Counted from the stretch's first letter, positions 35,800 through 50,214 are shown. The stretch: 64,000 nucleotides of DNA from Octopus sinensis (GCF_006345805.1 NC_043006.1:32054001-32118000), one strand, 5' to 3'. The notes: generated by a model from the sequence alone, not told the origin. Numbers and translations: made by a program.

Positions 35800-37010
35800 T
35801 GGTTGATTTCCTTGTTCTGAAAACCCTGGTGAATCTAGCTTGTCACGTAATTCGTTTACTCACGAAACCATGGGCACCAGTTCTTATTGGTATAAATTTG
35901 AAATTATAATCTGGATTATAGAAGCTGAAAGTTTCAAAGACGTTGTCCATAGTTATTCTCTTTCTCTTCGATTTTCAAACGACAGCTGACTTCTATGACG
36001 GTACATACTTTTTCTCGTTTGTCCCAAATAACAATATCTGACCTGTTAGGTTTACACGCGACAGATGGTTTGATGGAATGTTCCACCAGTATTCAATAAC
36101 AGCGGGATTCTCAATATCTATTCCAGGACGGTCTTTTTTTCCGAATGGCATTGTATATTGTTTTTGTGACAAAGTCAAGTCACAGAGAGAAGTAGTTCCT
36201 TGATGACATTCTTGAGAGGTTGTTAGCCACGTTTGTGAAATCTTTCACAGAAATATAACACAATCTACATCTACAGTTGCATCTTGGAACTCCAAGAGTT
36301 TCACTGTTTCTTTTGTTTGCTTCACAATCCTTAGCAATCTCCTGTTCGTTGATAGCAAATGCATGACCTCTAAAGTGTGACGTGATGTAGAGGTCACGAG
36401 TCTTAGAGAGGCTTCGCTTCATCTCAATGTTACTGTCTTCTTCAAGTCTTCGGGAGACATATTCATGCTTAGCCTTTATTTTTGTATGTTGAGCGTTTCA
36501 TATCCGGGTCTTTTTTGTGGAATGCTAATCCAGTTGTCTTGGGGTTGTATGAAAGGTAATCAAGAAGAGAATACCTGAAGGGTTCAAGCAAATACGTAAG
36601 GTGTTGTTTTCTTCACCTTTTCAACATTAACAATGTATTTATTTCTTTGCTGCGGTTTAGCAAGTGTTGTCTGAAAGAAGCACTTTATGACATTCGAAAG
36701 CTGTCTGCATTGATCTCAAGCATCTACACACTTCTTAGGTAGGATCTCTCAATATCACTGTTTATCCGTTCAGGATCTTGCAAATTTTAATGCGTGGAGT
36801 AGATTATCTCTGCAGACCAGTCAAGCATCCCAAATGTTGGAATCGGCTCTGGCACCGTAAAAACATTGTGGAATATTATTTTGTTGTAAGAGGAGAGTTC
36901 CGACTGCCGTATTTTCCCAGGTCTGGTGGAACATTTCCGGGTCAGTCTATCTTAATTCACATCACATTTATATGATACGCTTTCATCAATGCCTAGGTAC
37001 TTGTAACATT
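35800..37010 (-). mobile_element. Highly degraded R4/Dong-like RLE LINE
   Basis: YKYLGIDES near 36985; YWWNIP near 36085; FIPIRTGAHGFV near 35870. Confidence 0.55.
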
Positions 37011-37084
37011 GCTTGTGGGGAACAGGAAAGACGGTGAGGCCGGTGATGCATTGGTGTTGGGCCTGGGGGACTGTATGAAGGGAT

Positions 37085-38662
37085 GGATGTATGTGTGTGT
37101 GTATGTATGTACGTATGTATGTGTGTGTGTGTACGTATATGTTTACATGCGTTTGTATGTATGTATGTATGTATGTATGTATGTATGTATGTATGTATGT
37201 ATGCATGTATGTATGTATGTATGTATGTATGTATGTATGTATGTATGTATGTATGTATGCATGTATGTATGCATGTATGTATGCATGTATGTATGTATGT
37301 ATGTATGTATGTATGTATGTATGTATGTATGTATGTATGTATGTATGCATGCATGTATGTATGTATGTATGTATGTATGCATGTATGGATGTATGTATGT
37401 ATGCATGTATGTATGTATGCATGTATGTATGTATGTATGTATGTATGTATGTATGTATGCATGTATGTATGTATGTATGTATGTATGTATGTATGCATGT
37501 ATGTATGCATGTATGTATGTATGTATGTATGTATGTATGTATGTATGTATGTATGTATGTATGTATGTATGCATGTATGTATGTATGTATGTATGTATGT
37601 ATGTATGTATGCATGTATGTATGCATGTATGTATGCATGTATGTATGTATGTATGTATGTATGTATGTATGTATGTATGCATGCATGTATGTATGTATGT
37701 ATGTATGTATGCATGTATGGATGTATGTATGTATGCATGTATGTATGCATGTATGTATGTATGCATGTATGTATGTATGTATGTATGTATGTATGTATGT
37801 ATGCATGTATGTATGTATGTATGTATGTATGCATGTATGTATGCATGTATGTATGTATGTATGTATGTATGTATGTATGTATGTATGGATGTATGTGTGT
37901 ATGTATGTATGTATGTATGCATGTATGGATGTATGTGTGTGTGCGTACGTACGTATGTCATTATTCACTTTATTTCAAGATTTCTTGCCAATAGAGAAAG
38001 AACCGGTTTCTAACCTATATCCAAGGCTCCTTCATTGGAATTTCAACATCAACAACAGGGTATTTTTGTATGTATGTATGTATGTATGTATGTATGTATG
38101 TATGTATGTATGTATGTATGTATGTATGTATGTGTGTGTGTATGCATGTATGTATGTATGTATGTATGTATGTATGTATGTATGTATGTATGTATGCATG
38201 TATGTATGTATGTATGTGTGTGTGTATGCATGTATGTATGTATGTATGTATGTATGTATGTATGTATGTATGCATGCATGTATGTATGTATGTATGTATG
38301 TATGCATGTATGTATGTATGTATGTATGTATGCATGCATGTATGTATGTATGTATGTATGTATGTATGTATGTGTGTATGTATGTATGTAGGTAGGTATG
38401 TATGTATGCATGTATGTATGTATGTATGTATGTATGCATGTATGTATGTATGTATGCATGTATGTATGTATGTATGTATGTATGTATGTATGTATGTATG
38501 TATGTGTGTATGTATGTATGTATGTATGTATGTATGTATGTATGTATGCATGTATGTATGTATGTATGTATGTATGTATGTATGCATGTATGTATGTATG
38601 TATGTATGTATGTATGCATGTATGTATGTATGTATGTATGTATGTATGTATGCATGCGTATA
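37085..38662. repeat. Two long (TATG)n tracts with CATG interruptions (37085-37957, 38068-38662)
   Basis: Direct reading; source of the MYVC/HTYI pseudo-ORFs. Confidence 0.97.
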
Positions 38663-39088
38663 TGTTAAGTGAATCCGGATTTTGTTTAAAAAAAATCAGA
38701 CAGCTTATTATTGCCGTAATGCATTAAATTTGTAAAATGTGTATATTTTACATGTAAAAGAAACAATACAAGTACTCTAGAAATATTTGAAATATATTAT
38801 TCATAAAATATATAATTAAATATTGAAATATCTTAAATACGTCATAGATATATATTTATTTCTCCAAGAAATAGCTTTCTGATAATCTCTTCCCGATTGC
38901 TTCAACTTATCCAGATTTTCATTCAAAGAATTATATTTTGTATTTGTGTGTTTTTGTTTGTTTCGTTCGTTTGTTAATGCGGTTAATTGCTTTGAGATGT
39001 GTGCGGCGGGCGCGCGTGTGACTGTCCCCCCCCCCCCAAAAAAAAATTTCGGGTCTTGTGTCTAGAGTTGACAAGAATATTCTTATAA

Positions 39089-40393
39089 GGCGGCGAACTG
39101 GCAGAAACGTTAGCACGCCGGGCGAAATGCGTAGCCGTATTTCGTCTGCCGTTACGTTCTGAGTTCAAATTCCGCCGAGGTCGACTTTGCCTTTCATCCT
39201 TTCGGGGTCGATAAATTAAGAACCAGTTACGCACTGGGGTCGATATAATCGACTTAATCCATTTGTCTGTCCTTGTTTGTCCTCTCTGTGTTCAGCCCCT
39301 TGTGGGTAGTAAAGAAATAGGTATTTCGTCTGTCTTTATGTTCTGAGTTCAAATTCCGCCGACGTCGACTTTGCCTTTCATCCTTTCGGGGTCTATAAAT
39401 TAAGTACCAGTTACGCACTGGGGTCGATATAATCGACTTAAGCCATTTGTCTGTCCTTGTTTGTCCTCTCTGAGTTCAGCCCCTTGTGGGTAGTAAAGAA
39501 ATAGGTATTTCGTCTGCCGTTACGTTCTGAGTTCAAATTCCGCCGACGTCGACTTTGCCTTTCATCCTTTCGGGGTCGATAAATTAAGAACCAGTTACGC
39601 ACTGGGGTCGATATAATCGACTTAATCCATTTGTCTGTCCTTGTTTGTCCTCTCTGTGTTCAGCCCCTTGTGGGTAGTAAAGAAATAGGTATTTCGTCTG
39701 TCTTTATGTTCTGAGTTCAAATTCCGCCGACGTCGACTTTGCCTTTCATCCTTTCGGGGTCTATAAATTAAGTACCAGTTACGCACTGGGGTCGATATAA
39801 TCGACTTAAGCCATTTGTCTGTCCTTGTTTGTCCTCTCTGAGTTCAGCCCCTTGTGGGTAGTAAAGAAATAGGTATTTCGTCTGCCGTTACGTTCTGAGT
39901 TCAAATTCCGCCGACGTCGACTTTGCCTTTCATCCTTTCGGGGTCGATAAATTAAGAACCAGTTACGCACTGGGGTCGATATAATCGACTTAATCCATTT
40001 GTCTGTCCTTGTTTGTCCTCTCTGTGTTCAGCCCCTTGTGGGTAGTAAAGAAATAGGTATTTCGTCTGTCTTTATGTTCTGAGTTCAAATTCCGCCGACG
40101 TCGACTTTGCCTTTCATCCTTTCGGGGTCTATAAATTAAGTACCAGTTACGCACTGGGGTCGATATAATCGACTTAAGCCATTTGTCTGTCCTTGTTTGT
40201 CCTCTCTGAGTTCAGCCCCTTGTGGGTAGTAAAGAAATAGGTATTTCGTCTGCCGTTACGTTCTGAGTTCAAATTCCGCCGACGTCGACTTTGCCTTTCA
40301 TCCTTTCGGGGTTGATAAATTAAGTACCAGTTGCGTACTGGAGTCGATCTAATCGACTGGCCCCCTCCCCCAAAATTTCGGGCCTTGTGCCTA
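39089..40393 (+). repeat. SINE with an internal tandem array of 184-bp units in alternating A/B variants
   Basis: GTATTTCGTCTG recurs at 39137, 39321, 39505, 39689, 39873, 40057, 40241; SINE head GGCGGCGAACTGGCAGAAACGTTAG; tail AAATTTCGGGCCTTGTGCCTA. Confidence 0.93.
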
Positions 40394-41699
40394 GAGGAGA
40401 AAAGAGGAGAGTATCGTTTGTTCTGTCTGCTGTTATGATACTTAAAAATATCCTTTCCTCCATATCTACGTCTACATTTACTACAATCGAATTTAACCAG
40501 CAAACAAATAATTATCGTATATTTAATTGTTCATTTACTTTGATAACTTCGATAGGCGTCGGCCAGTTTAGGCCCAGGCCATGTCTAACTTAATAGCACC
40601 ACCCGATGAAATCTTTTAGTCATATATGGGGCATCATGGCCCATTCTAGTGTAGCGATATCGTTACACTCATTGCTATCTTCACTGTTTGAGAAGAGTAT
40701 TAAGAATAATCTCGTTCGAGACTACAAACATCTTTGGCTAGTTTAACATTGTTGTAAACACTAATTCGATTGGCTGACACGTGGTCTCTACTACGTTCGC
40801 ACCGCTGGTTGTCACGTGACGCGATTTGCCTCCGCTTATTTTCGCGCCATTTGTTCCAAGCAGCCAATCACAGCTTTCCATTTCTGAAGTTCGTTTTGAG
40901 CCACATGAACCTTATATAAAGAAGGGTTCTCAGACATATATTTGTCTTTGGTTCAAGTCCTTCTCAGGGCGAACCTCTGACCACACAGAGCATACTCGAC
41001 CATGTTCCAGTTCGAAAGGCAGGCGACCACCATTATATCAAGAGAAAAATAACCAAGCAGAATATATGATGAAGAAGCAGCAAAAACCAAGTGACAGACA
41101 CAACTCATCGCCAAACATCGAAGATTTAATTTGTACACAAGACAACCACAGATTCAACTCTAGCGGTTAGGTGAAAATCTCACCACGGGAAAAACGGCTA
41201 CAGTTAATATATCTGGGAGTATATTCATATCAAGAGAAAGATAAACACAACAAGTGACTCAATTAATCTCAACTACGAGACGCAACATCTTGATATGGTA
41301 CTCTTACCCTCCGTGTACCTCATAAACGGTAAATCAATTATCTGTCTTGAGTTCTAGTTCTTCTAAGAACTACCTTAAGCCATCTGCTACTACCTGTTGC
41401 TAGGCTGATACCAACAACATGAACTGTGAACCAAATTCCATTGTTATTTCTTTGGTCAGTACCTTTTATGCCTCACGAACACACAGACACAAAAACATGC
41501 TAACACTTACAAACTTCCAACCAACATGATTGTAAAATATGTAAAATAAATAATGTATATATCTCAAAAAGAAATCTTGTTGTCATTCCACTTGTGTTCT
41601 ATTGCCGCTGTATGTATTATATGGTCTGTAATATCTCATTAAGAATGGGATCGCGTGCGATTGTATTCCCTATACGATACGACCGCACGTGATACTATT

Positions 41700-42165
41700 T
41701 TTATACTAGCAAAGAGTTATTATTGTTGGAGACATATCTGGGTGTAGGAGGTTGGTCCGGGATTTTTTTTAGAGAAATTTGTCCAGTGAACTTTTGAATT
41801 TTATGGGATCCGTTTCCGTTTTGACGTATTTTATTATATTAAAGAGAGATGGACTAGTTGAGGTAAAGTAGTTGTGTCGTTATGTTATGTATCTTGAGTT
41901 CGATTTTTGTTTTGGGCGGATAGCACGAGGGCCAAGTCTTGGGTGGATTTTAAAATTGATGCCAACATCATTTCTACTATATTGATGGAATATTTTCCAC
42001 ACCACACAAGTGATATAGCGCTCCCGGCGGCGTTGGAGAGTGTAGAGACTAGGTTTTTTTTTAGTCGACCCCAATAGTCAATGCCTGTCATGTCGTCTAT
42101 CTTACTTGTTATTGACCTCTGGAGTGCTTCCACTTTAATAATGATTTGCTTCGTGTGGGGAGACT
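41700..42165 (-). mobile_element. CR1/L2-group LINE 3' fragment
   Basis: EALQRSITSKI...DYWGRLK, SLYTLQRRRERY, FKSSLDKFL. Confidence 0.8.
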
Positions 42166-42499
42166 ACAGTATGTTGGAAATAATTATGTGTTGAGGAAAA
42201 AATTACATTAGTTCAATAACCGTTACTAATGATAAATGCGGTTTCGATACGTAGGGAAGACAACTTCGAACATGTTTCGCTTTTTCCTTTCAGCACAAGT
42301 ATTTACTAATTAAACTTTTAACACCCACAAAGATAAATATTTCAACGTGGCTGTGTGGTAAGTAGCTTGCTAACCAACCACATGGTTCCGGGTTCAGTCC
42401 CACTGCGTGGCATCTTGGGCAAGTGTCTTCTGCTATAGCCCCGGGTCAACCAATGCCTTGTGAGTGGATTTGGTAGACGGAAACTGAAAGAAGCCTGTC

Positions 42500-42572
<73 letters not shown>

Positions 42573-43248
42573 CTGTGTTTGTCCCTAGCATTGCTTGACA
42601 ACCGATGCTGGTGTGTTTACGTCCCCGTAACTTAGCGGTTCGGCAAAAGAGACCGATAGAATAAGTACTGGGCTTACAAAGAATAAGTCCCGGGGTCGAT
42701 TTGCTCGACTAAAGGCGGTGCTCCAGCATGACCGCTGTCAACTGACCGAAACAAGTAAATGACTTATTTAATTGCTACATTCTTTTTATGAAATCGCATC
42801 TCTGATCTATAATCCTCGCTGATTTATTTCTAAAAACACGATATTCTGTGGTGCTCACGTTGCCGTGTGCAGACACGGATAATCTCTCGACGATCCCAAA
42901 CCTTGACCCAGTGGAATGTTCTCTGGTTCAATATGTGAGAAATGGAAGGAGTGGAAGTTGTAAACCAAACATTTGACTGGTTCCTCATTTCATCGACTTC
43001 CGGAAGGAACGTAAAATGATGGAATAAATATCACATAAGACATTTTATAATATTGGCTGACGGAAGCATCGCTCTCTCTCTCTCATATATATATATGTAT
43101 ATATAAAAGGCGGGTAGAATTCCCAATATATATATATATATATATACACATGCATATATGTATGTAGGTATGCATGTATATATGTCTGTCTATCTGTCTG
43201 CACGCACGCACACACACACAGCGCACATACGCACACACACACACACAC

Positions 43249-43338
<90 letters not shown>

Positions 43339-45299
43339 CACACACACACATATCTATAAGAAAACCGTTTTTTCGCATATCGTTGAAAGCAGAGAAGGAA
43401 TATATTAACATTCTTATAGAGATTAATATCATAGCTAAGGCTTTCTGGTTAAATTTATTTCACTACTTGACATCCATGCTGTGTTGTGCACATACATACA
43501 TACATACATACATACATACATACATACATACATACATACATACATACATACATACATAGTTACCGAAGAGGTTTGTAATTCAGAAAAGGAATCGTACTCG
43601 ATATAAATAATGACGTAGGTATAATTTGAATGTTGTGGCCAAGTAAAGATACCGAACGGTTATATGCAAAGTCAGATTTTTCTTGGTAGAAAGTGAAACA
43701 AAACAATTGTTATACATATTGCACTGGGGCAGAATTCTTTTGTATGAGATATAAAATTTTACCTTTTGTTAGGCAGAAATGTGAAGGCAAAACAAACCAC
43801 ATGGCTTCAGAAAACTCGAGAAATGAAATCCGAGAAAACCATGAATTTATCAAAATCCATCTTGGCGAAAGCTTTCAGAATTATTTTTGATTCATGAAAG
43901 TGGAAAAAAAGCAAACTACATTATTAGATGGAGAATATAAGAGAAATGCGAGCCTTATCCCAACGGACAGTGTTTAGCGGCTAAAGGACTGGTACTTAAG
44001 AGCTCTCTTATACCTGGAATGTAACTAATTGTTAAGTCAGAGCTCATCGCACATTGTTTGCATGATCAGAAGTACAAACTCAGATACTGGTCCAAGTGTT
44101 ACAGGAGAGTTAGCATTTTTGCTTCCACTCCTCCCTACTGCTTCCATCCTTCCTTATTGCTTCTGGTGTTCGACTCTCCGCGCACTCCTTCATTTCTTTC
44201 CGCCATCATTTCTTCGCAACCTCATTCCTCTTTCTTTCTCCTTCACTTAATCTCTCTCTTTTCTTCCTTCCATCTTTCTTCTTTTTAGGTTCTTTCCCTC
44301 CTTCTTTCCTTCTGTTTATTCTTTTGTCATTCCTTCTCCTGATCTGCTAAATTTCATAATTTCCCTTACCAGAAGATATATCTCATCGGTTCTCCATACT
44401 GTGTAACCACCCTTGCAATATTAACATAACAGATGCCTTTTTCGTTAGATTAAGCATATTCTTCACTTTACCTGCCAAAATAGTGACCCGATGGCATCTT
44501 GGTCTAGTGTTTTCTTGTGAGTGAAACTGGGGACATGAAAAATCGTGCGAGGAAGATCTTTCATTTGGATTACTGTAATTCAAACGTCCACTTTTGCTAT
44601 ATACTATGATACACTGATTACACGAAGGATATAAGTGTTTGTAGAGATACTCAGCCACTAAGTATTTTAATTGATTTAAAAACTAGTAAACTCACTGTCG
44701 AAAACAAGAGAGTGTCTAGTGACATTTTCGATGCAATGTAGACAACAAGGTCATAACAATTAGCACACTTAATTAAAAACAGCCAGTAGTATCTCGAGTC
44801 TTAATATTTTCTCAATATTTCCTCCTACGGGCCCAGGGTTATCTATTTACACTATTTGCTGAAAAACACAATGCACTGCCCGGCCAGGGTATCGAAACTA
44901 TAATCTTGTGATTGGGAGTGCAACACTTCAAACACCAGGCCAAGCGTCTTCACATACTAAGTTGAATACGTCCTCTTAAGATAACTAGTGTTCTTGTGTT
45001 TGCATTTGGTACTTTGTTAATACCATCCATTCTACTACAGGCACGAGGCCAGCAATTTCGGCGGAGGGGTAACCCGATTACATCGTCCCAAATCCTCAGC
45101 TGGGATTTATTTTATCGACCCTGAAAAGACGAAAGGCAAAGTTGACCTCGGTGGCATTTGAACTCGGACCGTAATGACAGACGAAATTCCGCGAAGCATT
45201 TTTCCCGGCGCGGTAACGATTCTGCCAGCTCGCAGCCTTATATTTTCTTAATTATATTGCACGTAAGTCTTTCCTGGGTCTACACTCTGCACACACACA

Positions 45300-45381
<82 letters not shown>

Positions 45382-45383
45382 CA

Positions 45384-45433
<50 letters not shown>

Positions 45434-46068
45434 CGCTCACACACACACAAATACACACATACACACATACACACACAAACACACATACAAACAAAGGCAC
45501 AAAACACACATACACTGATATAATAGTAGATATGTAAGTGAAAAAATATAGAAACCAGACAGTATGTCGTGTATTTCTATCATCAATCAAAAAAAAAAAA
45601 AAAAAAGCTAAAAGCCCCCCCAAACATTCGTTATTCTTTTCATAAAAATTTTCTCGTTTTTTAGTAATCAACAAATTTTATTCCATTAATTCCAGTCAGG
45701 AGACTTCGATCAAATATTACCAAATCTAGCAATATTTGATCATAAAAGTCTTCTGAGATTTTCTTTTGTGATTCTTGAATCTCTAGTATTTTTAAAATCT
45801 CTTTTCATATATTTTCCGTTTTTTTTCTCCAAGAACGTATTTTGCTTGTTTTGTGCATTTTTTTTTTGCTTCGTTTCTTACTTCTTTGAATACGAACTTG
45901 CTTCTTTGGTTAATATAGTCCTTTTCTTGATCTGCGTTCACTAAATTGAACTTATTCCGGTTAATCGTGGATATATTCGATCGCAAAGTCTCATGCCATT
46001 ATTTTCTGAGTGGTGATAATTCGATATTCAGATTGCATTCGATCAGAGTGAGAAATATTAGCCTTCAT

Positions 46069-46103
<35 letters not shown>

Positions 46104-46181
46104 TATGTTTATAATACCAGAGCAGCTTGATCTATAGAAACCATTTTGAATGTTAGATATACATGCACTCATATGTATTCA

Positions 46182-46255
<74 letters not shown>

Positions 46256-47567
46256 ACACACGCATGCACGCACACACGCATACACTTGTAGCTACTGTTA
46301 GTTTCCTGCTGTGAAAGCACATGGTCGGACAAGCTTGCGGTGTGTTTCCAAACAATCTTTCAGACTCAAAAATACAACATAGCTGGTCTTTGGGGGGGGG
46401 GGGACGAGAAGGGGCGAGAGAAAAAATTGGAAAAGAAAAAGGTAGAAAGGGGAAAAGAGAGAGAAAGAAAAAAAAAAGTAACGGTAATTCAGAGTCGTAT
46501 CCGTTTTCCTCTTTTTAATCAGAATTGATATGGCGAGTGTAAATTCAACGTGGAGAAAATCAAAAATTGTGAGGCTGTATGTATAAATGGATTTCTATCT
46601 CTCATTGGATGGAGTACTCTTTAGTTGATCCCACTAATAATGAAACAGTACATGATATATATATATATATATAATTTTATATTTATATATATACGCATTT
46701 ACGCATTTAGAAAATACGCATATATACGCATTTAGAAAATTACCCAATTATTGCATTAGATGAGACATAGATACGAATCCATTAAGAAAATGTAAGATAT
46801 AAATATCCCCAAGAACAAAAAAAAAATGAAATATAGTTCTAAAAATTTCCAGTGTAAAACATCCTGAAAATACATTTACATTACTTACCGTGTCTCTTAG
46901 ATTTATCCTTTCAAATTGGTCACTACAGACGCAAGACATACGAAAGTAAGAATTGACATCTGCTAAGCGGAAATTTCAACGCCGAAAGGGATGCGGACAG
47001 ACTACATTTCCAATGCAGGAAGGAAGCAGAGATCTTAAATCTGTATCAACAACCTATGAAGTCTGGTTAGTAACACAGCAGCAACATCTGCATCACAGAA
47101 AAGTGTTCAGCAATTATCGTGGTGAGGTTAACAAATGTGAAAGTAGTAACACCACCAGAAGAGAGAATATACTACAGTGGAAGAAAACTGTTCGCTTGAA
47201 ACACTGCCTGTCTTAAAGTAACATAGAAATATCGTAAATGATACAAGGAAAACTAAACAAGCCAGCAAGAGGCTTGTTTAGTTTCTGTTGCGAGCCTAGC
47301 TAATAGAAACAACCGTTTAACCAACCTTAATTCGTACTCAACAGTTTTAGAGAAGGGCAGCTTAGATAATGAGGTTCAAGGTTTTCTGCGTCTCAGAAAA
47401 CCAAGATGTTCACGACTGGAATGGATTTAGTCATTGCGTCTACTCAATCGGAGCAGACAAAAGGCTGGCCTCAACGACGTCCACTCCTTCCCCCTAACAA
47501 CAAAAAAAAAATCAAGATGTGGTGATTGTGCATGGATACGTGAAATGAAAATATAAATGCATGTATG

Positions 47568-47628
<61 letters not shown>

Positions 47629-47633
47629 TATAT

Positions 47634-47830
47634 ATAACGGGAAAGTTTACGAAAATAAACAAAAGACGAAGGCAGGTGGAGTACAAACAAACAAATGTAT
47701 TAGTATAGCGCTCAGGAATAGAAAAAGTCTTTTACGTTCCGAGCCTACGCTCTTCGACAGAAAGATACACAGAAAAAAACAAGGAGAGAAAAAATGCGTG
47801 AAGGAGCAAACGATCTATCATGGCGTCCTG
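47634..47830 (-). mobile_element. Penelope-type terminal-repeat fragment with degenerate minimal hammerhead (47729-47764)
   Basis: CTTT-CTGTCGA-A-GAGC-GTAG-GCTC-GGAAC-GTA-AAAG on minus; embedded in (TA)n. Confidence 0.5.
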
Positions 47831-47834
47831 ATAT

Positions 47835-47954
<120 letters not shown>

Positions 47955-48261
47955 ATGTGTGTATGTGTGTGTGTGTGGGGTGTGTGGGGTGTGTGGTAAA
48001 TAGCTTGTTTACCAACCACATGGTTCCGGGTTCAGTCCCACTGCGTGGCACCTTCGGCAAGTGTCTTCTATTATAGCCCCAGGTTGACCAAAGCCTTGTG
48101 AGTGGATTTGGTAGACGGAAACTGGAAGAAGACCCGCCCATATATATTATCCTTAATTGCCATGCAATAACTAGTATTTGGCTATGAATAATGGGTACAC
48201 TACCAGCAGTATATTGGATAGGTGCTATCCCTTAGTTGGTTTCGCAATCTCTAACTCACAC

Positions 48262-48331
<70 letters not shown>

Positions 48332-48969
48332 TATATGTATGCTACAAAATTAGAAAATGGAGAAACATACTTAAATCAATAAAACATCAACTATCAGATG
48401 ATACCCAATCAATACTTTATTACACCATTACATATCAGTAAAGGCATTATACAAAATATACAGTAAATGTAAATAGACAAAGAGATATAAGTATAAAATT
48501 TCAAATATAATATGTAATTAAATCAAATCTGACAGCTGTTTCGGCAGCAAGGACAGTCATACCTCATTTAACCTATAAGCCATAAAGGCAGGTATAAATG
48601 AGGCATTAACAAGGATGCCCTTCAGAGAATTAAATTTGTTATAATTGTGAAAAAAATTATTTTTTCATATACATATAAATATAAAAATATAAAAATGTAA
48701 AATATAAAAACTTATGCATAAACTTCATAATGCTACACTTATATAATATAGTATGTATATATTTGTGTGTCTGTCTTTGTCCCACTCAACAACGCTTGAC
48801 CACCGATGCTGGTGTGTCTACGCTCCCGTTATCTAGCGGGTCAGCAAAAGAGACCGATAGAATAAGTACTAGGCTTACAAAGAATTAGTCCTGGGGTCGA
48901 TTTGCTCGAGTAAAGGCAGTGCCCCAGCATGGTCGCAGTCAGATGACTGAAGCAAGTAAAAGAATAAAA

Positions 48970-49021
<52 letters not shown>

Positions 49022-49112
49022 GGTCATCACTCACATACTGCCTAGACTACCCTAACTCCCACCATCCACCTCTCCTACTGTCATAAGCACAAAGACACAC
49101 ACACACACAAAT

Positions 49113-49179
<67 letters not shown>

Positions 49180-49467
49180 ATATATATATATGTGCTTCTT
49201 TCAGTTTCCATCCCCCAAATCCACTCACAAGGCTTTGGTCAACCTGTGGCTATAGTAGAAGACACTTGGCTAAGGTGCCATGCAGTTGGACTGAACTCAG
49301 AACCATGTGGTTGGTAAGCAAGCTTCTTAACGCACAGCCAAACTGTGTGAATGTACACACACACACACACCACACACACACACACACACACATTACTGCA
49401 TTCTCACTGATCCTATTAAGTTCTGGAAAGGGAGTCCCTCCGGTATTATCAGTTTCGAGTGCTTTTA

Positions 49468-49543
49468 TGATGATAATGATGATAATGATGATGATGATGA
49501 TGACGACGACGACGTCAACAGGGACAGTAACACCACCACCACC

Positions 49544-49575
<32 letters not shown>

Positions 49576-49847
49576 CAACAACTATGACAGTAAATAGAAA
49601 AGAAAATTTGCTGGTTGACTTTACTAATCAAATTTAATTACTAATCAAATTTAATTGTTTTCCTTTCATCTTCGTATTTTCTACATATTAATATTTTATT
49701 TATATTTTTCTTTTCTTTTTTTTTTTAATCGTTTAAACAATTTACCATTCTTTGGCGTTTCCGCCCCCACGGAAATATTTCTAATTCAGTCAAAAGTTAC
49801 ACTAAAAGTACGAAAACATTATAAACAACAACAACAACAACAACAAC

Positions 49848-49934
<87 letters not shown>

Positions 49935-49973
49935 CTCTTTTCACTGCTGCTGCTGCTGCTGCTGCTGCTACTA

Positions 49974-50020
<47 letters not shown>

Positions 50021-50068
50021 GCTGCTGCTGATAATAATGACGCCACCACCACCACCAGCAACAACAAA
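49468..50068. repeat. Compound trinucleotide microsatellites (ATG, ACG, ACC, AAC, AAT, GCT, ACT)
   Basis: Direct reading. Confidence 0.95.
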
Positions 50069-50214
50069 TGAAAAAATTCTTTAAGTAGCGGTGGGATTTT
50101 GTAATAAACAATTATTTTGTGAAATAATTTTTTCGCAGTGTATATTAAGTTGACAAAACGGACACGAGAGGCAATATAATCACAATTATGTCATTAACAA
50201 TAACAACAACAACA

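Noticed and set aside
36952-38727. Long ORFs (up to 434 aa) of MYVC/HTYI repeats
   Set aside because: Translations of stop-free (TATG)n microsatellite
39137-40330. Regular array resembling CRISPR
   Set aside because: No unique spacers, eukaryotic context, units are SINE-internal sequence
40689-41638. Defined solo LTR with TGAGA...TCTCA ends
   Set aside because: No matching 4-6 bp TSD found; boundaries unsupported
45792-45986. Lys-rich ORF as a terminal exon
   Set aside because: In-frame stop just upstream, no compatible acceptor, no recognisable domain
49655-50071. polyQ/N/A/T protein ORF
   Set aside because: Compound trinucleotide microsatellite without splice or domain support
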